Source: a virus (Duplodnaviria; Caudoviricetes). Taken from it: a stretch of 57,887 nucleotides of DNA. Both the position numbers and the translations under genes were made by a program. This document shows positions 9,507 to 19,800 of this stretch, piece after piece. Position 1 is the first letter of the stretch, and each line of letters starts with the position of its first letter. The notes below the pieces were generated by a model. It searched no databases and was not told the DNA's origin. It saw nothing but the letters and a program-made list of their open reading frames with translations. Location: positions 1-57,887 of the IMG/VR virus record IMGVR_UViG_3300030118_006581. The stretch is one strand, 5' to 3'.

Positions 9507-12500
9507 CTATCCAAAGTTTGGTCCATTTAGACCAGGGCGTAAAGCTCGCTCGGCGTCAAATCCTCGTGCGAAATCTTCAAGTCTTCCAGCTTGAATCTGT
9601 TCTGGTGGTAGAAGTTCATCACCTCCCAAATCACCCGGATTGGAATTAGCTGGGCGGCGGCGAGGATTGCTGGCTGGACTCCCAGGAGCGCCGTCAACAC
9701 CTATTTGTGTATTGTTACCGTTTATATCACCTGTAATTTCATTTCCTCCTGATAAAGATCCAGGTGGTTTCAATAAAGGCGCACGATGTTGAATCTTATT
9801 TCTTTCGAGAGCATGGCTTTCAACTAAATTTCTTACATTGGGGGCGTATCGAGCAGATGCCGGCATAAGCTGATCCAACATCTCGGTCATAGCTGTATCT
9901 AGCCACTTATAGTAGTCAAGATACTTTTGTAAGTCTGGTATGTCGTTTCGAACTTTACGGAAAAATATTTCACGTAACTTTTCCATATGCTTATAATTCA
10001 TTCGATATTTGTTAACTGGTTCACCAATAAGGTTATTAAACTCTTTAATCGATGCGAACAAATGCAACATACGATTTGAGATGCTTCGATACATACTCTT
10101 CTCAATAGCAAAATAAGTACTTGATGGTTTTTTAAATGTTCCAAATATTTCATCGTCAACCGACAGAACTTTTACCATTTCGTTGCCAGCAATATATTCA
10201 GGCGGCAACAATTTATCAGCGTAAACATATTGTTTTCTAACTGGTGTTGAACTTGCTGTAAAAAAGTCACCTCGTCCTGTGTGTTGGCGAAGATTGATTG
10301 GGCTAAAAATAGATCCCTGATATGAGGACTCATAATCTGTTCCAACCGAGCCGGACGATGCATCTTGGACTATAAAGCGACCACTAGCATCAGAGCCAGT
10401 AACTTCAGCAAACTCCCAATTTAATGCCAGAGTCTGTATACTAGGTATGTAGACCCCAGCACTCGCTGTTTGAAACAAATATGCATTTCTTGAAGGGTGC
10501 AAGGACCCGTGAGTATCCACTTGTTTAGCCTGCAAGTCTACAACAGCAGGTGAAATGTAATCGGTCCAATATCTGGCGCTAGATGCACGAACATCTGAAG
10601 ATATCAAAGTACTTCCCGTAAAATTAGTTTTATGTGCCCCTACATAAATTCTTTTAGCTGTATTAACTATAGCAGAACCTGATGCGTAAGTCAAGTCAGT
10701 AGTCACATTAAAATAATTTTCTTTTTTGCCGGTGTTATAATTAACTCCATAAAATCCAAGTTCGTATCCAGAAGTTGCGACAGTTGTTCCCAATACACCG
10801 TTAGAGAATGGATATTTTTTTGGTTTTAAGGTAAGAGATAAATTCCATCTCTCGTTATTATAAACATTTCTAAAAATACTTGAACTAAGCAACGTATTTC
10901 CAGCCCGATCTTTTACAAGAAAAAACGCATCCCTGACCTTAAAATCTGGAGATGTTACCTCAGCGAATTCTCCTGGGCTTTTTACAGCATATACTTGTAG
11001 TCCGTGATCATTTGCGGCGGCTTTCCAAGTCAAATCTGTTGATGTTTGAGTTTCGATATTAGGAGTATGAAAACCATAAAGTGATGAACTTATCACCTGT
11101 GGGACTAAATAGGGTAAAGTATCTTGCTCATCTTTATTTGGAAATACAAACTCACTTTGAAGGGAAAATGCATACTCAGACAATTGATTAGAGCCAGTGA
11201 TTAAACCTACAGAATTAGAATTAGAAGAATCATAGTATTGGTATACGACCGCATCGTCATCTGATTGATTTAATAACCCTGTAAAATCTACATATTTTTT
11301 TGTACTGACCGAACTAAGGTAGCTGCTTGTTAATTCAAAATCCATATCGTCTGAATATGTGTTGAATGCTAATATCTCCTCTCCAACACCTAAACAGCGT
11401 ATAAAGTTTCTAATTGACTTCTGGTTACCTTTAGACTTCAGTATAAAATTTAAGTTATTATAAATGTTTTTATAAATTGAATTTTTAATATCTACCAATT
11501 GTTGATCAAAATTTATTTGCTCATCTCTTTGGAAAAACTGAGACAGTAAATCTGCGTTTTCAAATAGTTCCGGTGTTTGAATTCCATAATTTTCTATAAG
11601 TCGATCATTGTGAGGAAATTCATCAATCGAATCAGATAAAGAGCCGCTAACATATTGATTATACTTTAATTCCTTTAAAAAAGTTAATTGGTTATATAAG
11701 GTGTCAAAATAACTAGAAACTATCTGAGTTAGGGCTACGATCTCACTTCCGCTATTCTCATCCTCTTCAATCACCCAATTAGGCAAATGATTTAGCAATC
11801 GGGCGTTATTAATTCCATCATAAACAGAGCCACTTTGCTCATACCTTAATTTTGTGGTTAAATAATTGGGGTTATTTGTTCTTACAATCGGATCTCCACG
11901 CTCTGTGATTGATTGCATCGAAAGCTGATCTATAGCGGAGCCTGTGTTTCTTGCAATGGCTACAGCCGTGCTATAATTTACATATGTTCCATTTGAAACT
12001 CTTCCAGAATAATCTAACATTGTTTGGTCCACAGAGGATGTACCTGTTATTCCTTCATTGAACTTAAAATATACGCCCAAAGAGACGTTGGCATCATACT
12101 TATCACTTCCGCCCTCAACATTTGTAAACCAGTGGCGGCCTATCTGTTCGGCATTACGAGCCTTTTTCCAGAACCTAAATTCATCTAAAGAAGCAGAAAG
12201 CTTTCCTGATCCCTCGGCTGTGGTTCCAAAGCCTTCCGGTGCTTGGCGCAAAGCGCCAATGTTAGCTATCATTGTTCCAGTCACAGCGCCGATAGCGCCC
12301 GAACCAGTTACACCTGTCTCAATACAAGTGCCGTTTACAAAAAGATCAACAGTAGGGACATTAGTAGAGGTATTGAACCTGAACGAAAAGTTTCTCCAAG
12401 TAGCGTCGGAAATTGTTATTTGTCCTGGCGTACTTGGAATAGCAGTTTCGGTGAACCCATTTGATCCAGAACGCATTGTAACAAAAAATTGAGTTTCCGA

Positions 12501-13166
12501 ACCTGAGTGGATTGCTATACGAAGCCTCCCATAAGTAGCACTTGATGAATTTGTTGTTGAGACGCCATTTGTCAAATCCAAGACAGCCATCTTCCTAGCT
12601 GTACCGGTAGTAATCAAAGCGTCTTTTTTCAAGAAAAATTCAACGGTTGTTCCATTAGTTCCGCCAAATTCCAAGTTAGATGTTCTATCTTTAGCTACAT
12701 TGAATTTTGTATTCTTATGAGGACCTCCTTTAACCTGTATGTAATTTGTAGTTGCTGAGGATTCATCGTATCCTGATGAACTTAGTTTATCTACTGTGTA
12801 AGGCTGTCCTATTGAGACAAAACCCGTTGATCGAGGATAAGTTACCTCTAGAGTATATTTTTCAAGTGGATTTATATTGTTATAAAAATCTGTCTTTTCA
12901 AGACCTGATCCATCATAGGGATAATCGCTGGCTATAAATTCAAAGGCGTTTTTATAATATTTCTCGGCGGATCCAAATTTTACAAATTTTTCTGGATCTG
13001 AGTAATCTATGGGTGGAAGAAAATAATCTTGCTTTTCTGTTAGAGCTTTTAAATGAGCTTCGGACTCAACCCCACTTCCAAGAGTGTTAGGCGCACTACT
13101 CTTTAAGTATTTGCTTACCGTAGTGCCCTGTTTGTTGTTCTGATATAAACTCTTTAAGCTGCTCAT
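9507..13166 (-). CDS. LamG/concanavalin-A-like domain virion (baseplate-associated) protein, 1219 aa
   Basis: LamG hallmarks TVEFFLK...WRNFSF...LFVNG...LDEFRFW...VYFKFNEG; wedge-like segment ILKSKGNQKSIRNFIRCLG; baseplate context. Confidence 0.65.
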   Translation of the reverse strand: MSSLKSLYQNNKQGTTVSKYLKSSAPNTLGSGVESEAHLKALTEKQDYFLPPIDYSDPEKFVKFGSAEKYYKNAFEFIASDYPYDGSGLEKTDFYNNINPLEKYTLEVTYPRSTGFVSIGQPYTVDKLSSSGYDESSATTNYIQVKGGPHKNTKFNVAKDRTSNLEFGGTNGTTVEFFLKKDALITTGTARKMAVLDLTNGVSTTNSSSATYGRLRIAIHSGSETQFFVTMRSGSNGFTETAIPSTPGQITISDATWRNFSFRFNTSTNVPTVDLFVNGTCIETGVTGSGAIGAVTGTMIANIGALRQAPEGFGTTAEGSGKLSASLDEFRFWKKARNAEQIGRHWFTNVEGGSDKYDANVSLGVYFKFNEGITGTSSVDQTMLDYSGRVSNGTYVNYSTAVAIARNTGSAIDQLSMQSITERGDPIVRTNNPNYLTTKLRYEQSGSVYDGINNARLLNHLPNWVIEEDENSGSEIVALTQIVSSYFDTLYNQLTFLKELKYNQYVSGSLSDSIDEFPHNDRLIENYGIQTPELFENADLLSQFFQRDEQINFDQQLVDIKNSIYKNIYNNLNFILKSKGNQKSIRNFIRCLGVGEEILAFNTYSDDMDFELTSSYLSSVSTKKYVDFTGLLNQSDDDAVVYQYYDSSNSNSVGLITGSNQLSEYAFSLQSEFVFPNKDEQDTLPYLVPQVISSSLYGFHTPNIETQTSTDLTWKAAANDHGLQVYAVKSPGEFAEVTSPDFKVRDAFFLVKDRAGNTLLSSSIFRNVYNNERWNLSLTLKPKKYPFSNGVLGTTVATSGYELGFYGVNYNTGKKENYFNVTTDLTYASGSAIVNTAKRIYVGAHKTNFTGSTLISSDVRASSARYWTDYISPAVVDLQAKQVDTHGSLHPSRNAYLFQTASAGVYIPSIQTLALNWEFAEVTGSDASGRFIVQDASSGSVGTDYESSYQGSIFSPINLRQHTGRGDFFTASSTPVRKQYVYADKLLPPEYIAGNEMVKVLSVDDEIFGTFKKPSSTYFAIEKSMYRSISNRMLHLFASIKEFNNLIGEPVNKYRMNYKHMEKLREIFFRKVRNDIPDLQKYLDYYKWLDTAMTEMLDQLMPASARYAPNVRNLVESHALERNKIQHRAPLLKPPGSLSGGNEITGDINGNNTQIGVDGAPGSPASNPRRRPANSNPGDLGGDELLPPEQIQAGRLEDFARGFDAERALRPGLNGPNFG

Positions 13167-14650
13167 ACATCATCTTCTTCTATTTTAAATTTGAATACCT
13201 CGGGTTGCTCTCTATATTCACCTTGTAAATAGTAAGCAAACTTAATTCCATACATATACCCAGGCTCCAAGCAAGAAGTGTCCATTTCAAAATAGTTCCC
13301 GCTTACATCATAGGATAAGCGAGTGAAGTTGTTGTTTGAACTTCCAGTTCCAAATGGGATGATTTCTAAATTATCTATTGACCTATGAATACTGTAATAG
13401 GCGTCTTCAATCACAGTGGTATCAACCGCAGCATTAGCAACTGTATAGATGTTTGGACTCCAGTCTTTATCTCTAACAAATACACGTAGTCTTGGCTTTT
13501 GTCCTTTTTTATAACTGTCGTCTAGATTTGTAATTGTTGTCAAATAAACTGTATCATACAGCAAATCACTGGTTGCTACTGGCTTTGGCTCAAATGATCC
13601 TGTATGGAATTCTATCCTAGATGCTCCAGATCCTGTGTGCCATACGTCAAAGAGTGTTGTAAAACTACTAGTTGAAGCAAACGATGCCGTATAAACACCA
13701 GATATAGTGTTACCATTCTCAACCAACAATCCAGCAGTGAGGGATGATCCAGACGTTCCGGCAGAGTTTACTACAGTTAAAGCATTACCAACTGGTGATG
13801 TGCTTCCAGAATAAACTGCGACAGATAACTTATTACCTGTTAACCCTGGAATGTTTGCTAATTGTCCTCTGATAACATTATACAAATACAAAGTGTTTAA
13901 GTTATTTGCCGCAGAGGCCATACTGCTGCTAATAAAAAAGTTCCCTCGGTTATCTTTTCTTCCCGAATCCCAGCGGGCTTCGAGAGTTGGTTGGTAATGA
14001 TAAAATTCACTGGTTCTTGAGAAGAACATTTTAGTGTACAGAGAATCAGTACCAGATACAGCAGCGTCTGGGAACTTTAACAAAAATCCATAATTTGAGG
14101 TTCCGCCGAGCCACTTATAAACTTGCTCAGATACATCAACAGAGATATTCTCTAGTCCTGTGTCAAAAGAAATACTAGCTGAAGTATTTGCTCCCCTGAT
14201 AAAAGAACCACCAGTTGATGCCCAAGATACGCCAGAAGATGCCGAAATCCAGTTTGATACACCAGCATCTGTATAATTGTCCATATCTAAACCCCTACCC
14301 TCATTCCAACTTTGAGACAACATCATCAGGTCTAAAGTGAAGTTTTCAGGAGTTGAGTTTCCATGAGGGGCATTGTACATATTTAAATGAAATTTAATAC
14401 TACCTGAATCAGTGGGGAGTGTTCCGTTCCCCATATCTGTCTGGATAGTATCTACTGGGAACTGAATTATAACTCTACTTTGTTCGGCGCTTGCGGCGGA
14501 GATAGAGGCAGATGTTTGTCCAATAATTACAAACGTCTCTAATATGTCGGCAGCACCCATATTAGACCCTGTTGCATTTGTGATAAGGTTAGATTCAAAA
14601 GCGTTAGTAATTGTATTGTCTTTTGTTGCGTAATATTTTTTTATACCCAT
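13163..14650 (-). CDS. Virion structural protein, possible DNRLRE/CBM96-like N-terminal domain (495 aa)
   Basis: ATKDNTI...SRVIIQF...SWNEG...DVSEQVYKW...NYGFLLK...PTLEARW pattern; ATGA overlap with the next gene. Confidence 0.55.
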   Translation of the reverse strand: MGIKKYYATKDNTITNAFESNLITNATGSNMGAADILETFVIIGQTSASISAASAEQSRVIIQFPVDTIQTDMGNGTLPTDSGSIKFHLNMYNAPHGNSTPENFTLDLMMLSQSWNEGRGLDMDNYTDAGVSNWISASSGVSWASTGGSFIRGANTSASISFDTGLENISVDVSEQVYKWLGGTSNYGFLLKFPDAAVSGTDSLYTKMFFSRTSEFYHYQPTLEARWDSGRKDNRGNFFISSSMASAANNLNTLYLYNVIRGQLANIPGLTGNKLSVAVYSGSTSPVGNALTVVNSAGTSGSSLTAGLLVENGNTISGVYTASFASTSSFTTLFDVWHTGSGASRIEFHTGSFEPKPVATSDLLYDTVYLTTITNLDDSYKKGQKPRLRVFVRDKDWSPNIYTVANAAVDTTVIEDAYYSIHRSIDNLEIIPFGTGSSNNNFTRLSYDVSGNYFEMDTSCLEPGYMYGIKFAYYLQGEYREQPEVFKFKIEEDDV

Positions 14651-14651
14651 C

Positions 14652-16448
14652 TTATACTATAACTCCAACTACATCAGTATTAGGTAGCAAAATCTCTGCT
14701 ACTGCGTCAGGTGGAATCCTCAGATACCTACCATCATTGGAAAGATTAGAATTTATGTCATAAACAACATTACTATATGTTCCACCAACACGATTATATA
14801 ATTCAACACTCTTTGTATCTGTTACTCCTGGGACATCATTTAGAACTTTATAAATATCAGAGATGTAAATTGATTCGCCTAGTCCAAACTTTATTGTTAG
14901 AAAATTATCATTTATTGCCTTATTGCATTGCTGCAACAGATCAAAGCGATTAATATCAATATCAGGGATTACCTGGTATCTTATTCCAATATTTATTACT
15001 TTCCCGTCGAGTATATCAATTGTGTCATTTATCATTCGGTAGTTATCAAGCCACACTTTAAGATTATCTTTTAGTACAGAGTTGGAAATAGTCAAGTTTC
15101 CGTTCTCATCCTCGGACAAAACAAACATATTCAGGTTTCTTTTCAAAGAGTTGTCATCTCTCACAATATTTGCTCTTTTAATTTTTCCAAATTTTGCAGG
15201 CATGCGATAAGCAAGATTCATATAATCTTCTCTTGTTACTGCACGATTTTGAGCAGCAAATGTTCCAAATGCTCTAGTTCTTATTTCATCGGCAGTTAAA
15301 GGCTCTGTATCCCCTAAAATTGGACTTTCATTATCAACTTCAATAGAAGAAAGCATTATTGATATAACATCCTCTGATAATGCAGATCGATCTCTAAAAA
15401 GTAAATTAGAATTGATCATATTATTAATAGATCCAACAGCAGCGTTTGCAATATTAGAAGTATTTGCTGTATAAGTAATTGTTAAAGTTGTATTTACTGG
15501 AACAACTCCAAATTTATCTGTCTTTATTAAATTTGTTGGATCAAAAGTTGTTTCAGTTACATAAGGCTTACTATTAACATTCAACACTACGTCGGCTGGG
15601 TCAGCAACTAAATCGCCAGTCAAATTATTCTCGGAACCATACCCGAACTGAACGCTTGTTGTATTATCAGGATTAAACTCTACAACGTATCTCCTTGGGA
15701 CAGGAGTTAATCTCATGGAGAAAGGAACAGACTCTCTAGAACTACTATCAACATTTTCCATCTGAGAGATTACAACATCTTGGGACAAATTCTCAACTTC
15801 AAAATATTCATTACCTTGAGAGTCTTTAATTGAAAGTATCTCCGTTATGTTATTTCTATCCAAAGATAATTTTAAAAACCTTTGATAATTTCCAACAGTT
15901 ATTTGTTCTTCAAACTGTTGGCCAGATACAATTTGTCCGAATGCTTTTACAGCAAAATAAGTTGGGTTACCTGTTGCTGCATCAGTTCTAGCAACAGTTA
16001 TTTCGTTATTGGAATCAGAAAAATCAACGTTACTTGCTAGTGTGTATGTTGCTCCATTGTCGCCAGACAAGATGCTACCTTTTTGAAGGATGGGGAAATA
16101 GTTCAAATCCGGGGCTCTAGAATTTGGTGCAACAGGGACAAGCATAAAAATTGCCACCTGCCCAGTAGATTTAGCAGCACCCTGGTTCTTAAAGCCAAGA
16201 GTTTCTGACAAACGAATAACATTATCATATCTAATAGCGCTATCTAGAAAGCTTTCGTTAGCCTGAAAATCAGCATAAAAAGATAACTGATCTCCGACGT
16301 AGGCAACCAAATCTAACATTAAAGCCCCGAATGAGGCTTCACTAAAATCTTTGAAAGTAGTAGGATAGTAACGCTTAGCATAGTTTTCTAAGTCTTCTTT
16401 AATAGACTCAAAGTCTCTGCTAGTATAGTTTATCGGTCTTTTAGTCAT
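14652..16448 (-). CDS. Baseplate wedge subunit, T4 gp6-like / baseplate J family
   Basis: INYTSRDFESIKEDL...DFSEAS...LDLVAYVGDQLSFYAD...NESFLDSA N-terminus and AQNRAVTREDY motif; adjacent to gp25-like gene. Confidence 0.9.
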   Translation of the reverse strand: MTKRPINYTSRDFESIKEDLENYAKRYYPTTFKDFSEASFGALMLDLVAYVGDQLSFYADFQANESFLDSAIRYDNVIRLSETLGFKNQGAAKSTGQVAIFMLVPVAPNSRAPDLNYFPILQKGSILSGDNGATYTLASNVDFSDSNNEITVARTDAATGNPTYFAVKAFGQIVSGQQFEEQITVGNYQRFLKLSLDRNNITEILSIKDSQGNEYFEVENLSQDVVISQMENVDSSSRESVPFSMRLTPVPRRYVVEFNPDNTTSVQFGYGSENNLTGDLVADPADVVLNVNSKPYVTETTFDPTNLIKTDKFGVVPVNTTLTITYTANTSNIANAAVGSINNMINSNLLFRDRSALSEDVISIMLSSIEVDNESPILGDTEPLTADEIRTRAFGTFAAQNRAVTREDYMNLAYRMPAKFGKIKRANIVRDDNSLKRNLNMFVLSEDENGNLTISNSVLKDNLKVWLDNYRMINDTIDILDGKVINIGIRYQVIPDIDINRFDLLQQCNKAINDNFLTIKFGLGESIYISDIYKVLNDVPGVTDTKSVELYNRVGGTYSNVVYDINSNLSNDGRYLRIPPDAVAEILLPNTDVVGVIV

Positions 16449-16465
16449 AATATTCTTTCCCGATA

Positions 16466-16870
16466 TTAATTAGTCATTGTCGAAGTTATTATTAACTCAT
16501 CTTTTTCGTTAAAAGGTTGTATAGTATATTTTATAATAACTCTGACTTCATTCAATTGCAAAGTTGAGTCTTCATCACTTGTTAAAAAATCTATGTTTTC
16601 TAAAGAGATTGATGGAATATAGAATGATACCTGTTTATTGATTGTTTCTGCTATTGTTCCAAAAGTAACAGAATTAACTCCTTCAAAAAGAAATCTATAA
16701 AGACCAACTCCAAATTCGGGAACCATTGGTCTTTCGCCAGGTATCGTAAGAATAAGCATTTTTAGATTCTGCCGAAATGTTTCTTTCAGCGTTTTGTTTA
16801 ATTGATAAGGTCCGTCTGTTTTATCGTAGACTAACGGTAACCTTGGTGATATGCCTTGTAGTTTACTCAT
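16466..16870 (-). CDS. Baseplate wedge subunit, GPW/gp25 family
   Basis: QNLKMLILTIPGERPMVPEFGVGLYRFLFE signature; 134 aa; precedes gp6-like gene. Confidence 0.92.
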   Translation of the reverse strand: MSKLQGISPRLPLVYDKTDGPYQLNKTLKETFRQNLKMLILTIPGERPMVPEFGVGLYRFLFEGVNSVTFGTIAETINKQVSFYIPSISLENIDFLTSDEDSTLQLNEVRVIIKYTIQPFNEKDELIITSTMTN

Positions 16871-19800
16871 TTCTGTTAATTAGTGTTTCCAATATACTTT
16901 TCTCTTCCAATCTTCCCTGAAGACTTACATTGTAGTTTCTGTACAAGTTGGGCAAATATATTCTAAAAAATCTTTCCGAAAGCGATTTTACTACTCTTTC
17001 AACATATAAGTCTGGAGCGCCGTCAGGCAAAACGGGTTGCTGCGCAAACTCAAGGAGATCAATTGAAATATCTGTAATATCTTCTCCAGCCTGTTGACGG
17101 CGGAGACGCTCATATTGTTCACGCTCTTTTAAATTAAACGTTTCAAATATGTTCGCTAATTCATCAAAATACAAAGAAGGCATTCGATCACTTGGGAAAA
17201 TTGTGTCAATACCGTTTCGTCCTAAGCCTGTCCTTCCCTGTATCTCTTGTGCAAGAAGTAATTCTATTCTAAGCACAGTTTGGGCTAACTCCTCACGATC
17301 ACCCCTTTGAATATTGTACCATTCCCTAGCGGTATAGGTTCTGCCCTGTCCTGGATTTGTGTATTGGGTGGAAGGATTATAAAAAAGATTATTCAAAATT
17401 ATCAACTTTTCTCTTACCGCAGTTAACAACTCTTCAGAAATGCGGTCAGATAAGTTTTGTGGTATGGGCTCATAACCACCCCCCATATCAATATCGTCTC
17501 CCACTAGGTTCGCAGGGCTAAAATAATCAGGGAATATGTCTAGTAACGTAGCTGGTACAGAGGGCTCATCAGGCGAAAATTTGACTGTTGAATTAACCGA
17601 AGTTAAAAACAACAAATCTCGAAGTCTTAAAATTCTATCATCAGTTAATAAGCTGTCGCTAATCTCTTCCGTGAGGGTGCGCAACCTTTCTTCGACTTGA
17701 TCAGAAGAATAATAAACTACTTCCTGAGTTCCATCATAGTAACGAACACTCACAGGGAACCCTACGAAAGGAGTACTAAACTTTGTTACAAGTTCACCCT
17801 TTATTGCTGTCAGAAGATTATCATCTGCATTCGCATTTTGCACTAAAATTCTATATTGTGTATCACTATATCTGTTTGCATATTTTATGCCACGATCATA
17901 ATAGATCATATAGGATGCTATCTGAAAAGCAATTGGAAAATAGTAAGCTCCAGCCAATAATCCTAATTGAGTTATCTGATTACCATTATAAAACTGACCT
18001 ATAATTGATTGTGCTGCTCGTGCTTGGGCTGCATCCTCAATTCCATATCTTGCAAAATCTACATTAAACAAAAGTCTATAGAATTTAACAAGAGTGTTTT
18101 CATACCTTTGCTTAATATTAGCCGGTGATTCTGGGTCAAAAACAGATCTATTTACTGATTTATATTCAGATAGTCTAGAAATGTTCTGTAATATACCAAC
18201 GTACATTGATTCTATGATATTCCTCACATTTGCTGAGGGACTTAAATCATCAGATATCGCTGGGTTGTTTTTAAATTTATTGTCTTCTAGGTCTTGTGGG
18301 AAAACAAGCTTAACATATTGAATTGATTCATACAAGGGTCCAATCATTTCTTTTGCAGTTAATTCATCTGTTATTTTTTTGTAGAGATAATCTGTAATTA
18401 ATTTTACTGTACCTACACTATTCCAACAAGGATATACACGAGCTAAAGGCATAACATTCATAAAAAATGAAATCATTCTAGTTTGTATAACTTGAATAGC
18501 TGATTCCGCTCGAAGGGTGTCCTCCGCTGTTACACATATATCATCTGTTTTTTCCAGAGGTAGTTTTGCAACAGCCGAGACATAACGTGGCATGCGTCTT
18601 CTTCCGGTGTCATTAATAACAGCATTGTCAATCTGGGTGTCTATTCTTTCTCTGTAATTTTGCATACTTGTAAGATCAACATCTCTATCAAGTGCTCTCA
18701 GCGCCAACTGTTCATTGGTTGGATTTTCAAATGGTAGTCCTACAGAAAAGTTTGAATAAAGTTCAAACATTCCTCCAGAATACAAAGGAGGTAATAGTGT
18801 ATCATTTATAAACAACTTATAATTATTATCAACACGGTAAGTGAAATCACCTATTTGTAAATTGTTAAAAATTCTATAATCTACAGATTGAAAATCACCG
18901 TTTTCTGTTATGGTTTGTGTGTTTGACGATACAGATCTTTCGTTATGTATTAAGCCGGCAGGGTTATAGTATGCAACGGTTGGTGTTTGTCGATCTGCAT
19001 CCCAATACACTATTCGTATATCTCCTTTAGATGGATTTGAACAGTAAAGATTTGACGCTCCAGCATACCCAACATAAGGAGAAAAGGACTCTTGTTGCTT
19101 TAAATATCCATATGTAGCATTTGATATTTTATTAAGTTGTGTCTTTTCACTAGTTGATGGGTCTCCATCATTATCAAGCGGTTGATATACTCGTCTTAAA
19201 CTATCTGGGGACAACAAAGCAGTCCCTTGGGATTCTGCATTATTTAATATTTTTTTCAGTGGAGATGGTGCGTTAACTATTGAATAATACGCAATTCCAT
19301 AAATATCAAACGGCTTTGTGACGGGGCTTCGATATTGGGGAAGAGGTAATTTAGGTAATTCCCCAGGCAAAGCATATGTCATCCATATATAATTATAAAC
19401 AACGTCAGATGTCCAGCCATTTCTTCTTGACCCTATTTGACCACCAGTTAGGGTGACATCACCATCACCATCAACTTCAACAGTTATTGTTGTTCTTTGT
19501 CCATGTCCGGCAGGGGTCATAAAAAATACATCTCCATTTGAAGATTTATAAAGCTGATTTATGCTACACTCTCTTAGTTTAGTTCCAAGTTGGTAATATA
19601 TTTCCGTTCCTAGCTTAGAGTTGTATACATTGTAGTCATAATTTTGAACCCTTTTTTGTTCTTTCCCAAAAAGATCAGAAAACAGTTCTGCTATTGATTC
19701 AGATATAGAGTTACTTATACTTGCTATAAATTCTAGCAAATCATCATACCAAGTCATTGTTGGCAATGAATCTATCAATCTCTCAATTTGAAATTTAATG

